Assembly: GCA_002269645.1 (NCBI GenBank) | Contig: NIVC01001526.1 | Span: 1 to 64,000 of the forward strand | Direction of reading: 5' to 3' | Source: Macrostomum lignano | Lineage: Eukaryota | Length of the DNA stretch: 64,000 nt | Shown here: positions 25,141 to 37,429 of the stretch, piece after piece | Numbering within the stretch: position 1 is the first letter of the stretch | Layout: every line of letters starts with the position of its first letter | The notes under the pieces: model-generated | Told to the model about the DNA's origin: nothing | The model's input: the letters and a program-made list of their open reading frames with translations, nothing else | Databases searched by the model: none | Made by a program: the position numbers and the translations under genes

Positions 25141-25306
25141 CGGCTGTTCAGTCCAAGGACTGGTGGGTCGCCACACACATCCCCAAATACCTCAGCACCC
25201 CATTTTACAGCTCTGGGTGAACTGAAGCAATGCAGAATTTAAATGTCTTGCTCAAGGACACAAATTGTGTCCGAGTGGGTCAAGAATCGAACCCCTGACC
25301 TTCCAG
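25141..25306 (-). mobile_element. tRNA-derived SINE, truncated copy
   Basis: Shares CGGCTGTTCAGTCCAAGGACT...CCCATTTTACAGCT...TCTTGCTCAAGGACACAAATT...GAATCGAACC with the other copies. Confidence 0.8.
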
Positions 25307-26039
25307 TTAACCCCCGCCCCCTATTATGACTGTTGCCTCATCTACAATGGAGTCGGAAAAAGAAACAAGATCGAATTTCTTCTTTTCTTACGGTCTCCAC
25401 TTCTACTTCATGCGCGGAATGACGAACGACCCGTTAAAAATCTGCGCAGATGGCGGAACAGCAGCGGCATTCCGCTACGGTCTCGCAAAGGATTTATCAC
25501 CGCGGCATTTCTTTGCCTCTCTTCTCCCCCTTTCTGACCTTGGCGCTGCAGCCTACAGATCCTGTACCACACTACACGAAGGAAGCGATGAAAAAACCTT
25601 ACTACAGGCAAAAGCAGACTTTGTTCGCAGCAACCTGGTGTCCCTCATCAGTCACTTGGCCGGGTCATTTATCAGATAGTATCTGGGGCTCCCCAGAACC
25701 ATTCCGAATTCATTCATTTGGGTTAGCTATATGCATGCATACATTGCTTTCATTGATTGCATACAAGAGGACGGCTCTTGCAAATTTAATCATGTAGAAA
25801 GCTGAGAGACAAGTGATACAGAAAATCATAAGGCAAGGAGGTCACTTTTTGAGATGGAAGTTTTCTAGAAATTGTTACAAATTTTAAATTTTCAGTTGTC
25901 ATAACAACCAAAACCTGTTGTCAGGTAAACAATCTTTATAAGGAATCGCTAGATCTAAGAATTTCACAGCTTTTAGCGAAAACCGATCGGGCCTCCAACC
26001 CTCCTGCTCTTATTAATATTTCCTAAAATAATAATAATT

Positions 26040-26326
26040 AATTACTCCTGCCCCAATGGCCAGATGTGCAACCGACAGCTCAGCCGCAGCTATTGTGCGG
26101 CGCATCTGAAGGCTGCGTACGGCTGTTCAGTCCAAGGACTGGGGGGTCGCCACACACACACCCTCAATTACCCCAGCTAATGCTGGCACCCATTTTACAG
26201 CTGGGTGAACTGAAGCAATGCAGAGTTAGGTGTCTTGCTCAAGGACACAAATTGTTCCGAGTAGGTGGGGAATCGAACCCCGGACGTTCCAGTTGCGAGG
26301 CCGACGCTCTAATCACAGGGCTACAA
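26040..26326 (-). mobile_element. tRNA-derived SINE with CORE-like central domain, near full length
   Basis: Reverse complement has a B box GGTTCGATTC, a CORE-like GTGTCCTTGAGCAAGACAC...CAGCTGTAAAATGGG segment and a (TAA)n tail. Confidence 0.87.
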
Positions 26327-26914
26327 TCCCCCTAACTAAAAAACGGACTGCTGTTAATCAACAGTCTAATGTTGCTACTTACTTGTGCAGTAGCATAGTC
26401 AGTATAGAACCTACTCTCCACAATGGTAAAGGATTAAACATTTTGACTGCGATAGCTATAGGGTATAGTTATTAATTTTTTCTACTTACTAGCCCCCTGC
26501 TGAGAATTTATTTTTAGAATTTGGCCAAAACTGCATGGGGCGGGGCCCCCCGGGTGTACTCTGCCAAAGTCCGCTTAGCTGTATGCAACACGGTTTAAGT
26601 CTTGTCAATAAGACACGCCCATGTTGAAGTCGCATGATGACTCTTTACCTAACCGTTATTTCAGTGTGTTAGTTGTAGTGTGCGAAAAAATATAGGCAGC
26701 AAAAGCAAGTTCATAATTTGATATATATGGCCACCTAGGCTCCTGGTGGGGTGCATTTTTTAAATTGTGGCATTTTATTTGTTACAACTCTACAAACAGA
26801 GATGAAACCTCATTTCTTATGGCTTCGGTATACATGGCAAATTAGGGTTAGAGCGAATTTGGCTACATATGTAGTGTATCTAGGTTCACCTAAAGCTATA
26901 AAAAATTTTGTCTT

Positions 26915-27950
26915 CAGACCCTTCAGAAACCGCTCCTTACCTCAGGGTCAAGACCCTTCAGAATCCGCTCCCACCTCAGGGTCAAGATCCTTCAGAATCC
27001 GCTCCCACCTCAGGGTCAAGACCCTTCAGAATCCGCTTACACCTCAGGGGTCAAGATCCTTCAGAATCCGCTCCCACCTCAGGGGTCAAGACCCTTCAGA
27101 ATCCGCTCCCACCTCAGGGTCAAGACCCTTCAGTATCCGCTTACACCTCAGGGTCAAGACCCTTCAGTATCCGCTCCCACCTCAGGGGTCAAGACCCTTC
27201 AGAATCCGCTCCCACCTCAGGGTCAAGATCCTTCAGAATCCGCTCCCACCTCAGGGGTCAGGACCCTTCAGAATCCGCTCCCACCTCAGGGGTCAAGACC
27301 CTTCAGAATCCGCTCCCACCTCAGGGTCAAGATCCTTCAGAATCCGCTCCTTACCTCAGGGTCAAGACCCTTCAGAATCCGCTCCCACCTCAGGGTCAAG
27401 ACCCTTCAGAATCCGCTCCCACCTCAGGGTCAAGATCCTTCAGAATCCGCTCCCACCTCAGGGGTCAGGACCCTTCAGAATCCGCTCCCACCTCAGGGTC
27501 AAGACCCTTCAGAATCCGCTCCCACCTCAGGGGTCAGGACCCTTCAGAATCCGCTCCCACCTCAGGGTCAAGACCCTTCAGAATCCGCTCCCACCTCAGG
27601 GTCAAGACCCTTCAGAATCCGCTCCCACCTCAGGGTCAAGACCCTTCAGAATCCGCTCCCACCTCAGATGTCAGGACCCTTCAGAATCCGCTTACACCTC
27701 AGGGTCAGGACCCTTCAGAATCCGCTCCCACCTCAGGGTCAGGACCCTTTAGAATCCGCTCCCACCTCAGTGTCAAGACCCTTCAGAATCCGCTTACACC
27801 TCAGGGTCAAGACCCTTCAGAATCCGCTCCCACCTCAGGGTCAAGACCCTTCAGAATCCGCTCCCACCTCAGGGTCAAGACCCTTCAGAATCCGCTTCCA
27901 CCTCAGGGTCAAGACCCTTCAGAATCCGCTCCCACCTCAGGGTCAAGATT
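26915..27950. repeat. ~34-35-bp minisatellite
   Basis: CAGGG(G)TCAAGACCCTTCAGAATCCGCTCCCACCT units. Confidence 0.95.
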
Positions 27951-28766
27951 CAAATGAGGTATCTAAAACAGTAAGTTGATCGATGCAGTCATTAACATCA
28001 AATACAGAAATAAAGATACACGCGCGTAGGACAGAACAAATATTAAGCCTCAGAATAATCATTAAAATCAATGAGAAATGCACAACAAATGAATTTCGTG
28101 CAGTGTTTAGAGACATCCCCTATATTTATTACATCCCTACTAATTACTCAACGCATGACAAATATATCAACCAAATTTCTAAGTCAAAATGCGAAAAAAA
28201 TGATGGTTTAACTGCTTATACAAGGTTCGCGAACTGTCAACGAATCGATATCAGAACCCCCCCTCAGACGCACAGAGAGAGTACATGCCTGACGATTAGA
28301 AGGTCAAAAAGGATGGAGAGTTGCAGTACACCCTGTGTGAGCGTGTCTTTGAGTGCATTTGTACGCGGTATGTGCTCAATGAGTTTGCGGAAAGGGCAGA
28401 ATTGCCTTAGGGATACTTGTGGAATGTATCGCCAGACGCATTGCGCCAGGGTGCCCAAAGACCTCTTGCAATTATTACATTATTCTGTTCCATTGAATAT
28501 GACTCGAAGCAAGTCTTAGAAGGAGGGTCCCAACAAATTCGAAGCCAGAGGCTTTTTATCTAGAGAGTACCTAAGAGATATGTAAAAATGACAATGCACA
28601 CAGTAACTTTTTCTGATTTGAACTTGAAAACTTGTAAATTTGTACGCGTATAAAGCTGTACTTTTAATCAAACACAAGCGACCCGAAATGGTCCTTGGCT
28701 GCGTCTAGTAACAAATAGAGGTCATTGCTACTCTCGAACAGCCCATGCAATGTTCTGCTTTCGTCT

Positions 28767-29168
28767 TCAACCCTCGGCACCCTCGCCGCCCTCCTGAATG
28801 GCGTCAAGATTCTGCAAGGCTGAGAAGTCGAACGAACGACGGCGCAGCTGCTTGCTGAGGTCGGTTGGCAGCGGCATGGTGTCCATGGCCAGCTTGGCCG
28901 CCTGGCCTTGCGCCGGCAGATCCGGGCTGCGTTGCAGGGCCAGCTGCCGCAGCCGATGCCGCAGCTCGCCGGTGTCCGCCTCGTCGCTGTGTACCGAGGG
29001 CAGCGATCTGGATCGCCGGGAGCGTTGCGCTGGCTGCGCGGGCAGAGAGAGATTCAGCCGCCGCTTATCGACAACCGCGTCGCTCGTGGCATTCGACTCG
29101 GGCTTGACGCTGCTGCCGGCGGGCTCTTCCTGAGCATCAGCAAAGTCTATGCGAATCTGGGGCTCCAT
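28767..29168 (-). CDS. Orphan single-exon protein, 133 aa
   Basis: GC-rich ORF in AT-richer flanks with plausible composition (RRSRSLP, RRRSF kinase-site-like motifs). ATG is directly preceded by ctgttag. No domain recognised. Confidence 0.6.
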   Translation of the reverse strand: MEPQIRIDFADAQEEPAGSSVKPESNATSDAVVDKRRLNLSLPAQPAQRSRRSRSLPSVHSDEADTGELRHRLRQLALQRSPDLPAQGQAAKLAMDTMPLPTDLSKQLRRRSFDFSALQNLDAIQEGGEGAEG

Positions 29169-31274
29169 CTAACAGTTTGAATCTTTGTTTAATAGACAGA
29201 CAGGCAGGCAGACTTGCATTATGCATGTAGCTTCTCTGTGGCCCTTTTATAACGTTAATCACGTGATCTATTCCAGGGATTTAACTCAGCCAGTAGGATT
29301 TGAGCGGGATCTTGGGCTCGAGGAAAAACGGAAAAGACTTCTAATCTTCCAGGGTTGACGAGAAATTCGTTCTAGCAAAAAACTATTTCCGCAAAGAAGA
29401 AAAACGGATGACTTTGACTGCGGTTTTACCGGTGGTCAGGTACAGGCTTATTATTGTACGCATGCAGACCTGCTACAGATTTCAGTTATTTTGTTCGAAA
29501 AATGTAAAATCATTAATAATTCCTATAATACTGATAAAGGCACGCTTGTACAATTAGTTTGATTTAATTAAGCTTGATGCGACCTTTCGCAGGACATCGC
29601 ATGGGCTTTTAGCCCCGATGCATGGAGCCTATCGCTTCGAGCAATATCAGAGGCAAAAAAGCTATTTTTACAAAATCCCGACAAACGGAGGTTAAAGTAC
29701 AACTTGGACTCAACTTAAACTTGGAAATCAACAAGAATCCATAAATTAATAATCTTGAAGACTATGCTGTATACCTGTGGCAAAGGACCCAATCTGTTGG
29801 ACTGTAAAGAGGGTCAATTATAAGTTGTAGGTGATGTGTCCGCATGCCAGGTTGATAAGGCAGCCTGTACTGAAGCCAGATTTGTCCATGTTGGACCAAT
29901 TCGGGGACGTCACAAGTTATAGAAGTCTGGCCACTGGGCGAATGGGACCAGTTTACCATATATTCTCCGCTAAGAACTCAATGGGCTATAATTTTCCAGT
30001 GCACAGCAAGCGAACAGGTGCCCGCACTCCCATACAGGTATTGTAGATGGCTGATCTAGAAGCTTCTTGTCTCGGGGCAAACATAACGATAAAGGCTTAT
30101 AGGTTTGGTAAATTCAGACTTGCTGATTACTTTTAAGCCACTAAAGTACATTAAGTTGTAGCAAAATTGTAACTAGTTAGTGGGAGTAGAAAACTATACT
30201 GAAAACTAAACTATACTATAGTTCAAAGTTACCCTTGGTTGCAATTGAGGAAGCTTTTGAAGTGATAGCACCCGACATTTTTGTAGGCTTCCCAACTTGA
30301 GCCCTATTAATATTGCTTAGATCTTTGTTGCACGCTTAGTAACAGATTCATAATTACGATGTGGAAATTCGAAGAATATCATGACAAGCTAATTCCTTTT
30401 CGAATGGTGAAAATTGAATTTGTCAAATAAAAGAAGAAAATAAGAGGAATCGAGAGACTCCCGGAAATGAGTCTCGAGGGCATACTGGGATTCTGGAATC
30501 GGCATGAGTTTCGAGGGCCGCCCACTGCAGACAGTTTTGCTTAGACATCTGGATGTCCTAGCCAGAACCAAATCTGATGCAAGACGTAGTAACTTCGTTA
30601 TTGTCTACTATAGGATTAACGAATCAATATTCATTACATATTCGTAATCTTTATCACTGTAGAATCTTGTCTTAATTCTACAAGTCCAGATCTCAAGATT
30701 AAAAAATTATCTCGTAAGATTTTTTCCATAGTCTTTAGGCCTGAAAAAGTTTAAAACTTCGAAGCTGCTGCTGCACTTCATTGCTGGGCTGCTCTTTCTG
30801 CTGTTTTAGGGAGAAAAGTTGTCTAGGATTTTGTTTTTTTTAAGCTGCATAATATTAAGCTGCATATCATGTTAAAGTAGCAAATTCTTGACTTATCAAA
30901 AAGTTATGACGAAATACTCGTTAATTTTGAAAAAGGTTTCGTTATAAAAAGATAAAGAGTACATATTGTTGGACAGGCTTTAAGTTAGACCTCTCTTTAG
31001 GTCAAATGAGATCTTAACATGGAGGCGCAGTAATTTGCTGCTTTCACTTTCAGCAATAGCTTTTTATTTTCCTTATAGTCGGCTGGCTCTCTTTTAGCCG
31101 CAGTCAGATTCTGTACTGTAGCATTTTTATGCCATAGACGGAAACGAAAATATAAATAACTTGCGAGCCAGGGACAACTAAAACCTGTTGTTTTAGTTGT
31201 CCCTGTTGCGAGCACTTTCAAGCTAGCACACAAAGCTACACGCTCCTACACATATCAACAAAAATTGAGATGTT

Positions 31275-31467
31275 GGGCCGTATGCAGAAAGCCTAGTCCA
31301 GACTAGCTAGTCCGGACTTGGGTAGTTCAGTCTATAGTCTATGGTCTAGCTAGCCTAGTTCTGCTATAGTAGACTGGTCTAACTTTGTGTTTCTGCATAC
31401 CAAATCCAAGTCTAGACTAGCCTTTCAAGACCGGACTACCCTAGACAGAGCTTTCTGCATACGGCCC
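31275..31467. mobile_element. PIF/Harbinger-like MITE
   Basis: Perfect TIR GGGCCGTATGCAGAAAGC...GCTTTCTGCATACGGCCC with internal CTAG/AGTC palindromic repeats. 3-bp TSD imperfect (GTT/ATT). Confidence 0.72.
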
Positions 31468-31579
31468 ATTGAACCGAACTGATTAGTCAGATAAATATGT
31501 TCTTCTTTAGGACGAAGTCACGAGACTCTTCTTATAGTGCAGGCTGTAATGTATTTTATCTCGATTTAAAATGATCAAT

Positions 31580-33868
31580 TCAGAGCACTTGGTTCCATCG
31601 AATGCATTTCTTTGCGGGATTCAACGGTTCACCCACGGCACAATGGAACACGGATGAGAACTGATTCGTGTTCATAACGGCTCCGTTAACCGTGGCCTTG
31701 GCCCAGTCAACTTGGCGCGAGTTGTCAGGCCCGGTGGTCGAAGAGCACCAGTTTTGAGCAATCCGCAGAAAGAACAGTTTACTAGGAGTCAAGTTCAGAG
31801 CCGCCGACTCTGCACTGGCATTCGTGCGTCACTGAACAACCGAGGAACCAACTCTAAACCATAGGCAATGTGCTGTACAGCCAGCACGTCGAGCACGTAC
31901 TCGTGGAGTCTCTGCCGTAGTTGATTATCCAATGACAGCAGAGTACGCTGACTATCAGTGAAATTCCACCAGGCATTGTTGCTGTGCATTTTCATGTACT
32001 GATCCGTCAAGCAGACGGACAACTGTGTGGACATGTGTTTCGAATATAGCAAATTTCTTACGACCTCTTCGTCGAAGGCAATACCACCGAATGACTTAGC
32101 CAAAGCCAACCCAAAGCCAGCCAAGTTCATATAAGTCGGGTAGGAGTGGTGAAGTGCTGGAGGAGACAACATTCCAAGCGGTAGGACTGTCTGATGATAT
32201 AAAAAGGTACTGACAAACTTCACTGCTTTGTCAGACAAAGGATTCACAAGGTCAAATGCGCGCACGTTTCGCTCTTTAGTAAGTAATGCTAGAAAACCGT
32301 TGCGCCAATTCGCTCGAAGAGATGTCGATAGCAGACTACCAAAGACACTGGCAGATGAATTTAAGTCACTAAAGTTGTTTAAATTACTCGGCTTATAAAA
32401 GAAATTAAGCCTCGACTCTGTCAGGTAATCAAAACCGATGCTGTGAACGAGGGCGTCCCATCTGTGTTTGGCTAGGAAACGGTGGGACTGATTGGAAAAA
32501 TTACCTGTCTTAATCAACTTTGCCCCGATGACGAGTTCTATTTCCAGGATTTGATTGGCAATCAGCGTATTATTCGGTGAAACTTTGGCAAACCGCTTGT
32601 CCAGCATTTCAGCAACTATGTCCTGCAGTCGCCACTTTGTAAATTTCAAGCATCTCAGTTGGCCCTCGTTTCTACGCAGCTGTGCAGTATAATTTTTTGT
32701 AATCGTCATTCGGGAAGAACTTTTCAAATGCAGCCAGCCATGTTAGCAGCAGAAATGACGACTGCTTGCTTCGAAGAAATTCATTCTCATTTGTTGGCTC
32801 GTACTGTTTGAAGTAGTTGGCAAAGTTAATTACCGACAAAAGATTGACAACTTTGAAGTTGTTCGACAAAACGAAAGTGTTATTCGGTCCAACGACTCGC
32901 TGGAAAAATTCAGTCCAAATAAAGTGTTTCGCATTAGTCGAGCACCTGCTGAGCTGATCCAGTTGGTATAGCGACATATTCTCGCTCATCTTGGTCAAGT
33001 CCGACACATTCAGGGCCCCGACGCATTGCGGAATCCATGATTCGTTTTTTTAATGAGCTGTTTAGGGCGTCGAATACTTCTAGGCCATCGTCTAGGCTAC
33101 TTCGGTTGAAATAGGTAGCCGTTAGATAAACTTTCTGAATTGTTCCTGAAAAATCCTCCTTCGCAAGACTTTCTTTAATGTCCAAGGCATTCGAATTTAA
33201 GCTCAATTCAGTCACAAGATGTTCATAACCAGAAACCCATGTGTCCGACAGATAGTGATTCGAAACTACCGCGCTTCCGCGCAGCATTTCGTCAGGAATA
33301 GACACTTTCAACGCGTCGCTACTACCGCTTCTGACTAGCGCAGCCAAGAACGCTTCCGCCTGGAATTTCTGTCCAGCTCGAACTTCAGCCAGCAGTGGAT
33401 GGAGAATGCCGAGTAGGAAGTCGGTTGAAATTTTGCTTCCATTGCTTTCAGAACCAGAAATCATCCACTCGGAGCAGCTATTGAAGAACGCCCTAGCAAA
33501 GCTATAAACTTCATTGTTGCTAACGTTTGTGTCATTAAACAGATCGTCGCGATTAAGAACGTCGTGCACCTGTCGATTCAGTACGTCAGAGTACATAACT
33601 TTGGCGTCCAACTGCCTGCCAGATGGCCAATCGGTGTGATCAAACAAAGCGGTATAGTTGACGGTGGCGCGGTCAAAGCCTCCGCAGGCGTATTCGTAGA
33701 AGTCAGCGCAAGGATTTGCGTCCCGATTCATCCAGCTGAGCAGCCGGTTGGTTAGGCTGGCGCATTCTCTGGCGTGCGACACGTCGAACTGGCGGCAGGA
33801 GAGCGATTGGCAGTTGAGCGCAGGGCGAAACAGCCCAGTAGACAGAGAATTAACGCAAGATGTCGCAT
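31580..33868 (-). pseudogene. Intronless neprilysin-like (peptidase M13) gene, catalytically degenerate, 4 frameshifts
   Basis: Signal peptide MRHLALILCLLGCFA; C.TPEC...NPCADFYEYACGG; YPTYMNLAGFGLALAKSF where HExxH is expected; C-terminal LTPSKLFFLRIAQNWC...VNGAVMN...FHCAVGEPLNPAKKCIRW. Frame breaks at ~33770, ~33048 (A7), ~32697 (A6) and ~31810. Confidence 0.8.
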
Positions 33869-34087
33869 GAAGCCGTTTCAGATTTGGAACTCATTTGACT
33901 ATACCATAGGCGAATAAAATTGTTATGCTTAATATCTGCGCATTGCCAGATATCAAAAGAATATTTATTAGTTAGCCTAGGCGTGTTGAAACGGGTGAAG
34001 CGCACAGCAACCCGCCCGCTGCAATTATCTATGGCCGGCTTCAATAAATAAAAAACTCGTATACGTATGCATATACATGTAATAATG

Positions 34088-34446
34088 GTATTTAAACCAC
34101 TTTAAAGCTCACTTTCAGGGAGGTTATTGACATAGATTTTATTTCGCGGGATTTAATCGATCACTTTCCCGGACATATTGCAAGGATTATTGTATGTACC
34201 TAAATAAGCGAGCTTCTCTCTTCTCTTCCTTCGTGATTCGAGAAATTTCTTTATGAAATTTTGTCTATGGTAAGAATGTGGGGGCTTCGCCCCCACACCC
34301 CCATCCCCAACTTCAACCATAGACATACAAGTATGGCTGCGGGATTTATCTGAATACATCCCGCAAATTTAAAGTAGTTTAAATACGATATTCTATGGGG
34401 TTTTCAGTCGGTATTTCACATACCGACCTCAAACCCATAGAATATC
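34088..34446. repeat. Inverted-repeat-bounded segment (34088-34386) plus adjacent ~60-nt hairpin (34387-34446); MITE-like
   Basis: GTATTTAAACCACTTTAAA versus TTTAAAGTAGTTTAAATAC (18/19 complementary). GATATTCTATGGG...GTCGGTAT/ATACCGAC...CCCATAGAATATC folds back. Confidence 0.55.
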
Positions 34447-34549
34447 TTATCATAACCGAACAGAATACTGAAATCTTGCTGTCTAATATTTCACTCCAAT
34501 TACATTACAAGAAGGACGTACATGTAGCTACAAAAACGTAGCAATTTTT

Positions 34550-34800
34550 ATTACACCTGCCCCCATTGGACTAGATGTGCAACCGACAGCTCAGCCGCAG
34601 CTATTTTGAAGGCTGCGTACGGCTGTTCAGTCCAAGGACTGGGGGGGGGGTCCCACACACACCATCAATTACCCCAGATAATGTTGGCACCCATTTTACA
34701 GCTGGGTGAACTGAAGCAATGCACAGTTTAAATGTCTTGTTAAGGACACAAATTATTCCGAGTGGGTCGAGGGAATCGAACCTCCGACCTCAGACGCTTT
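34550..34800 (-). mobile_element. tRNA-derived SINE copy (same family)
   Basis: Same body as 26040-26326 with small deletions. Confidence 0.85.
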
Positions 34801-35351
34801 AAGCCACTAGGCTTAAGAGGTAGCAAATGAATTGCCGCTAAAAACAATTGATTAAAAACTACGGCTCTTAAAGATTGTTTAGATTTTTTCACATATTACT
34901 GCTGTCTAAAAACGAAAAAGAAATTACTAAAATTCATCCACGTATCGGATAAAACTATTTTTACCTAACTGAGAAAACGAAATCGCAAAATTTATGTTGC
35001 AACTGGGCCAGAGCGCGTTATTATTTTTGTTTGTCGTGTGTAGCTTTTTTTCTAACCGACAGTTGAATTCGCTATTGCAAGTAGTTCATTTGAAATAAAA
35101 AATACTAACTAGGTGTTAAGAGTTTGTTGCTAAGTCTGCAGTTTTCAAGATTGCAAAGATTGCAGCATTGCTAATAGGGAAACTACTACAATAAAATCTG
35201 TGGGTTGCGAGAGGGCTAGGGGTTCAATCAAATAACAAGAGCTATAGCCGAACTGTAACAGCATATGCGCATATTATAAACTATTCTAAATTGTCCACCA
35301 ATTACTAGCTCGTGTTTATATGAGTCTTATCATTATTTTTCCAGAATAAAA

Positions 35352-35606
35352 TCACTGGTGCTCCCAGTACAGCTTAGCGTGCATCTCGTCAAGGGCATCG
35401 TTAACGTAGAGAATGGCGTACGGCCGATTGTTGGCCTCTGTGATTTGCTCTTCCTTTGGCAGAATCTCGTGTCTAGCGCTCAGGTAAGCGGCCTGCACAT
35501 GGCGGAACACGCGGCCCTCCTGTTCTTCGCGTGGCAAACGTTGGATCGCTTCGTGCACGTGATCGCGATACGTGTCGTACAGCTGGTCATCGTCCACTAG
35601 GCCCAC
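35352..35606 (-). CDS. UQCRB: Cytochrome b-c1 complex subunit 7 (QCR7/UQCRB), exon 2
   Basis: GLVDDDQLYD...HEAIQRLPREEQEGRVFRHVQAAYLSARHEILPKEEQ...RPY matches the UCR_14kD pattern GLxxDD...EAxxRLP...R..R...A..LS..H.ILPKE. Acceptor ccaacaaag|, phase 0. Confidence 0.88.
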   Translation of the reverse strand: MGLVDDDQLYDTYRDHVHEAIQRLPREEQEGRVFRHVQAAYLSARHEILPKEEQITEANNRPYAILYVNDALDEMHAKLYWEHQ

Positions 35607-35629
35607 CTTTGTTGGGAAGAGTGGGCAGG

Positions 35630-37030
35630 TGACTATTGAGAGTAAAATTCGACTATTGTAAGAGTGAGTCTACCACTGAGAGTGACAGTTGTGACTATTG
35701 AGAGAGTGACAGTTGTGAATACTGAGAGAGTGACAGTTGTGACTATTGAGAGAGTGACAGTTGAGGCTATTGAGAGAGTGACAGTTAAGACTACTGAGAG
35801 AGTGACAGTTGAGACTATTGAGAGAGTGACAGTTGTGACTATTGAGAGAGTGACAGTTGAGACTATTGAGAGAGTGACAGTTGAGACTATTGAGAGAGTG
35901 ACAGTTGAGACTATTGAGAGAGTGACAGTTGAGACTATTGAGAGAGTGACAGTTGAGACTACTGAGAGAGTGACAGTTGAGACTACTGAGAGAGTGACAG
36001 TTGAGACTACTGAGAGAGTGACAGTTGAGACTACTGAGAGAGTGACAGTTGAGACTATTGAGAGAGTGACAGTTGTGACTATTGAGAGAGTGACAGTTGA
36101 ACTATTGAGAGAGTGACAGTTGAGACTACTGAGAGAGTGACAGTTGAGACTACTGAGAGAGTGACAGTTGAGACTACTGAGAGAGTGACAGTTGAGACTA
36201 CTGAGAGAGTGACAGTTGAGACTACTGAGAGAGTGACAGTTGAACTATTGAGAGAGAGCCAGTTGTGACTATTGAGACAGTGACAATTGCGAATATTGAG
36301 AGTGAAAATTGCGAATATTGAGAGTGAAAATTGCAAATATTGAGCGAGTGAAAATTGCGAATATTGAGAGTGAAATTGCGAATATTGAGTGACAATTGCG
36401 AATATTGAGAGTGAAATTGCGAATATTGAGAGTGAAAATTGCAAATATTGAGCGAGTGAAAATTGCGAATATTGAGAGTGAAATTGCGAATATTGAGTGA
36501 CAATTGCGAATATTGAGAGAGTGAAAATTGCGAATATTGAGCGAGTGAAAATTGCGAATACTGAGAGTGAAATTGCGAATATTGAGCGAGTGAAAATTGC
36601 GAATATTGAGAGTGAAATTGCGAATATTGAGTGAAAATTGCGAATATTGAGTGAAAGTGCGAATATTGAGTGACAATTGCGAATATTGAGAGTGAAATTG
36701 CGAATATTGAGTGACAATTGCGAATATTGAGAGAGTGAAATTGCGAATATTGAGTGACAATTGCGAATATTGAGAGAGTGACAATTGCGAATATTGAGAG
36801 AGTGAAAATTGCGAATATTGAGAGAGTGACAATTGCGAATATTGAGAGAGTGACAATTGCGAATATTGAGAGAGTGAAAATTGCGAATATTGAGAGAGTG
36901 ACAATTGCGAATATTGAGAGAGTGAAAATTGCGAATATTGAGAGAGTGACAATTGCGAATATTGAGAGAGTGACAATTGCGAATATTGCGAGAGTGAAAA
37001 TTGCGAATATTGAGAGAGTGACAGTTGCGA
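35630..37030. repeat. 24-bp minisatellite filling the QCR7 intron, two graded subtypes
   Basis: GAGAGAGTGACAGTTGAGACTATT grading into GAGAGAGTGAAAATTGCGAATATT. Confidence 0.95.
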
Positions 37031-37091
37031 CTATCGATAGAGAAAATACCTACGAGTAGATAGATATTCAGCAAACAGCAAATTGGCATAC

Positions 37092-37250
37092 CTTCCTATG
37101 TTGGGCGGAAGTCATCATGAGCTTGTCAGCTCTGATCTTGACACTTTCGTCCTGCAGTCGGCGCTGCATCAGCTCCTCGTGGCGCTGCACCATGGCGCGA
37201 GCGTAGGAGCCAACGTACTTGGCGACAGACTTGGCAGTCTTGCTAGCCAT
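37092..37250 (-). CDS. UQCRB: QCR7/UQCRB exon 1 (53 codons; joined protein 137 aa)
   Basis: MASKTAKSVAKYVGSYARAM...SAQHRK then |GTATGC donor, phase 0; same high-GC3 codon style as exon 2. Confidence 0.8.
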
Positions 37251-37429
37251 TCGAGATTTCGGCTATCGTGCAGCAATAGTTAAAACAGTTAGTTACTATG
37301 CTCGAATGATGCTCGAACAAGAAACTCTGTTGGCTGAAGGGGAAAGTAAGAAACAAGCTAATTAAAGCGAACTTCAAGGTAAATTATTAATAAAGTAGCC
37401 AACATTAAAATATTGCTGCTGGAGCCAGT

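Noticed and set aside
35352-37250. Horizontal transfer or contamination of QCR7 because of high GC3
   Set aside because: It has a canonical intron with the same kind of minisatellite as neighbouring host genes, and other host exons here are also GC-rich.
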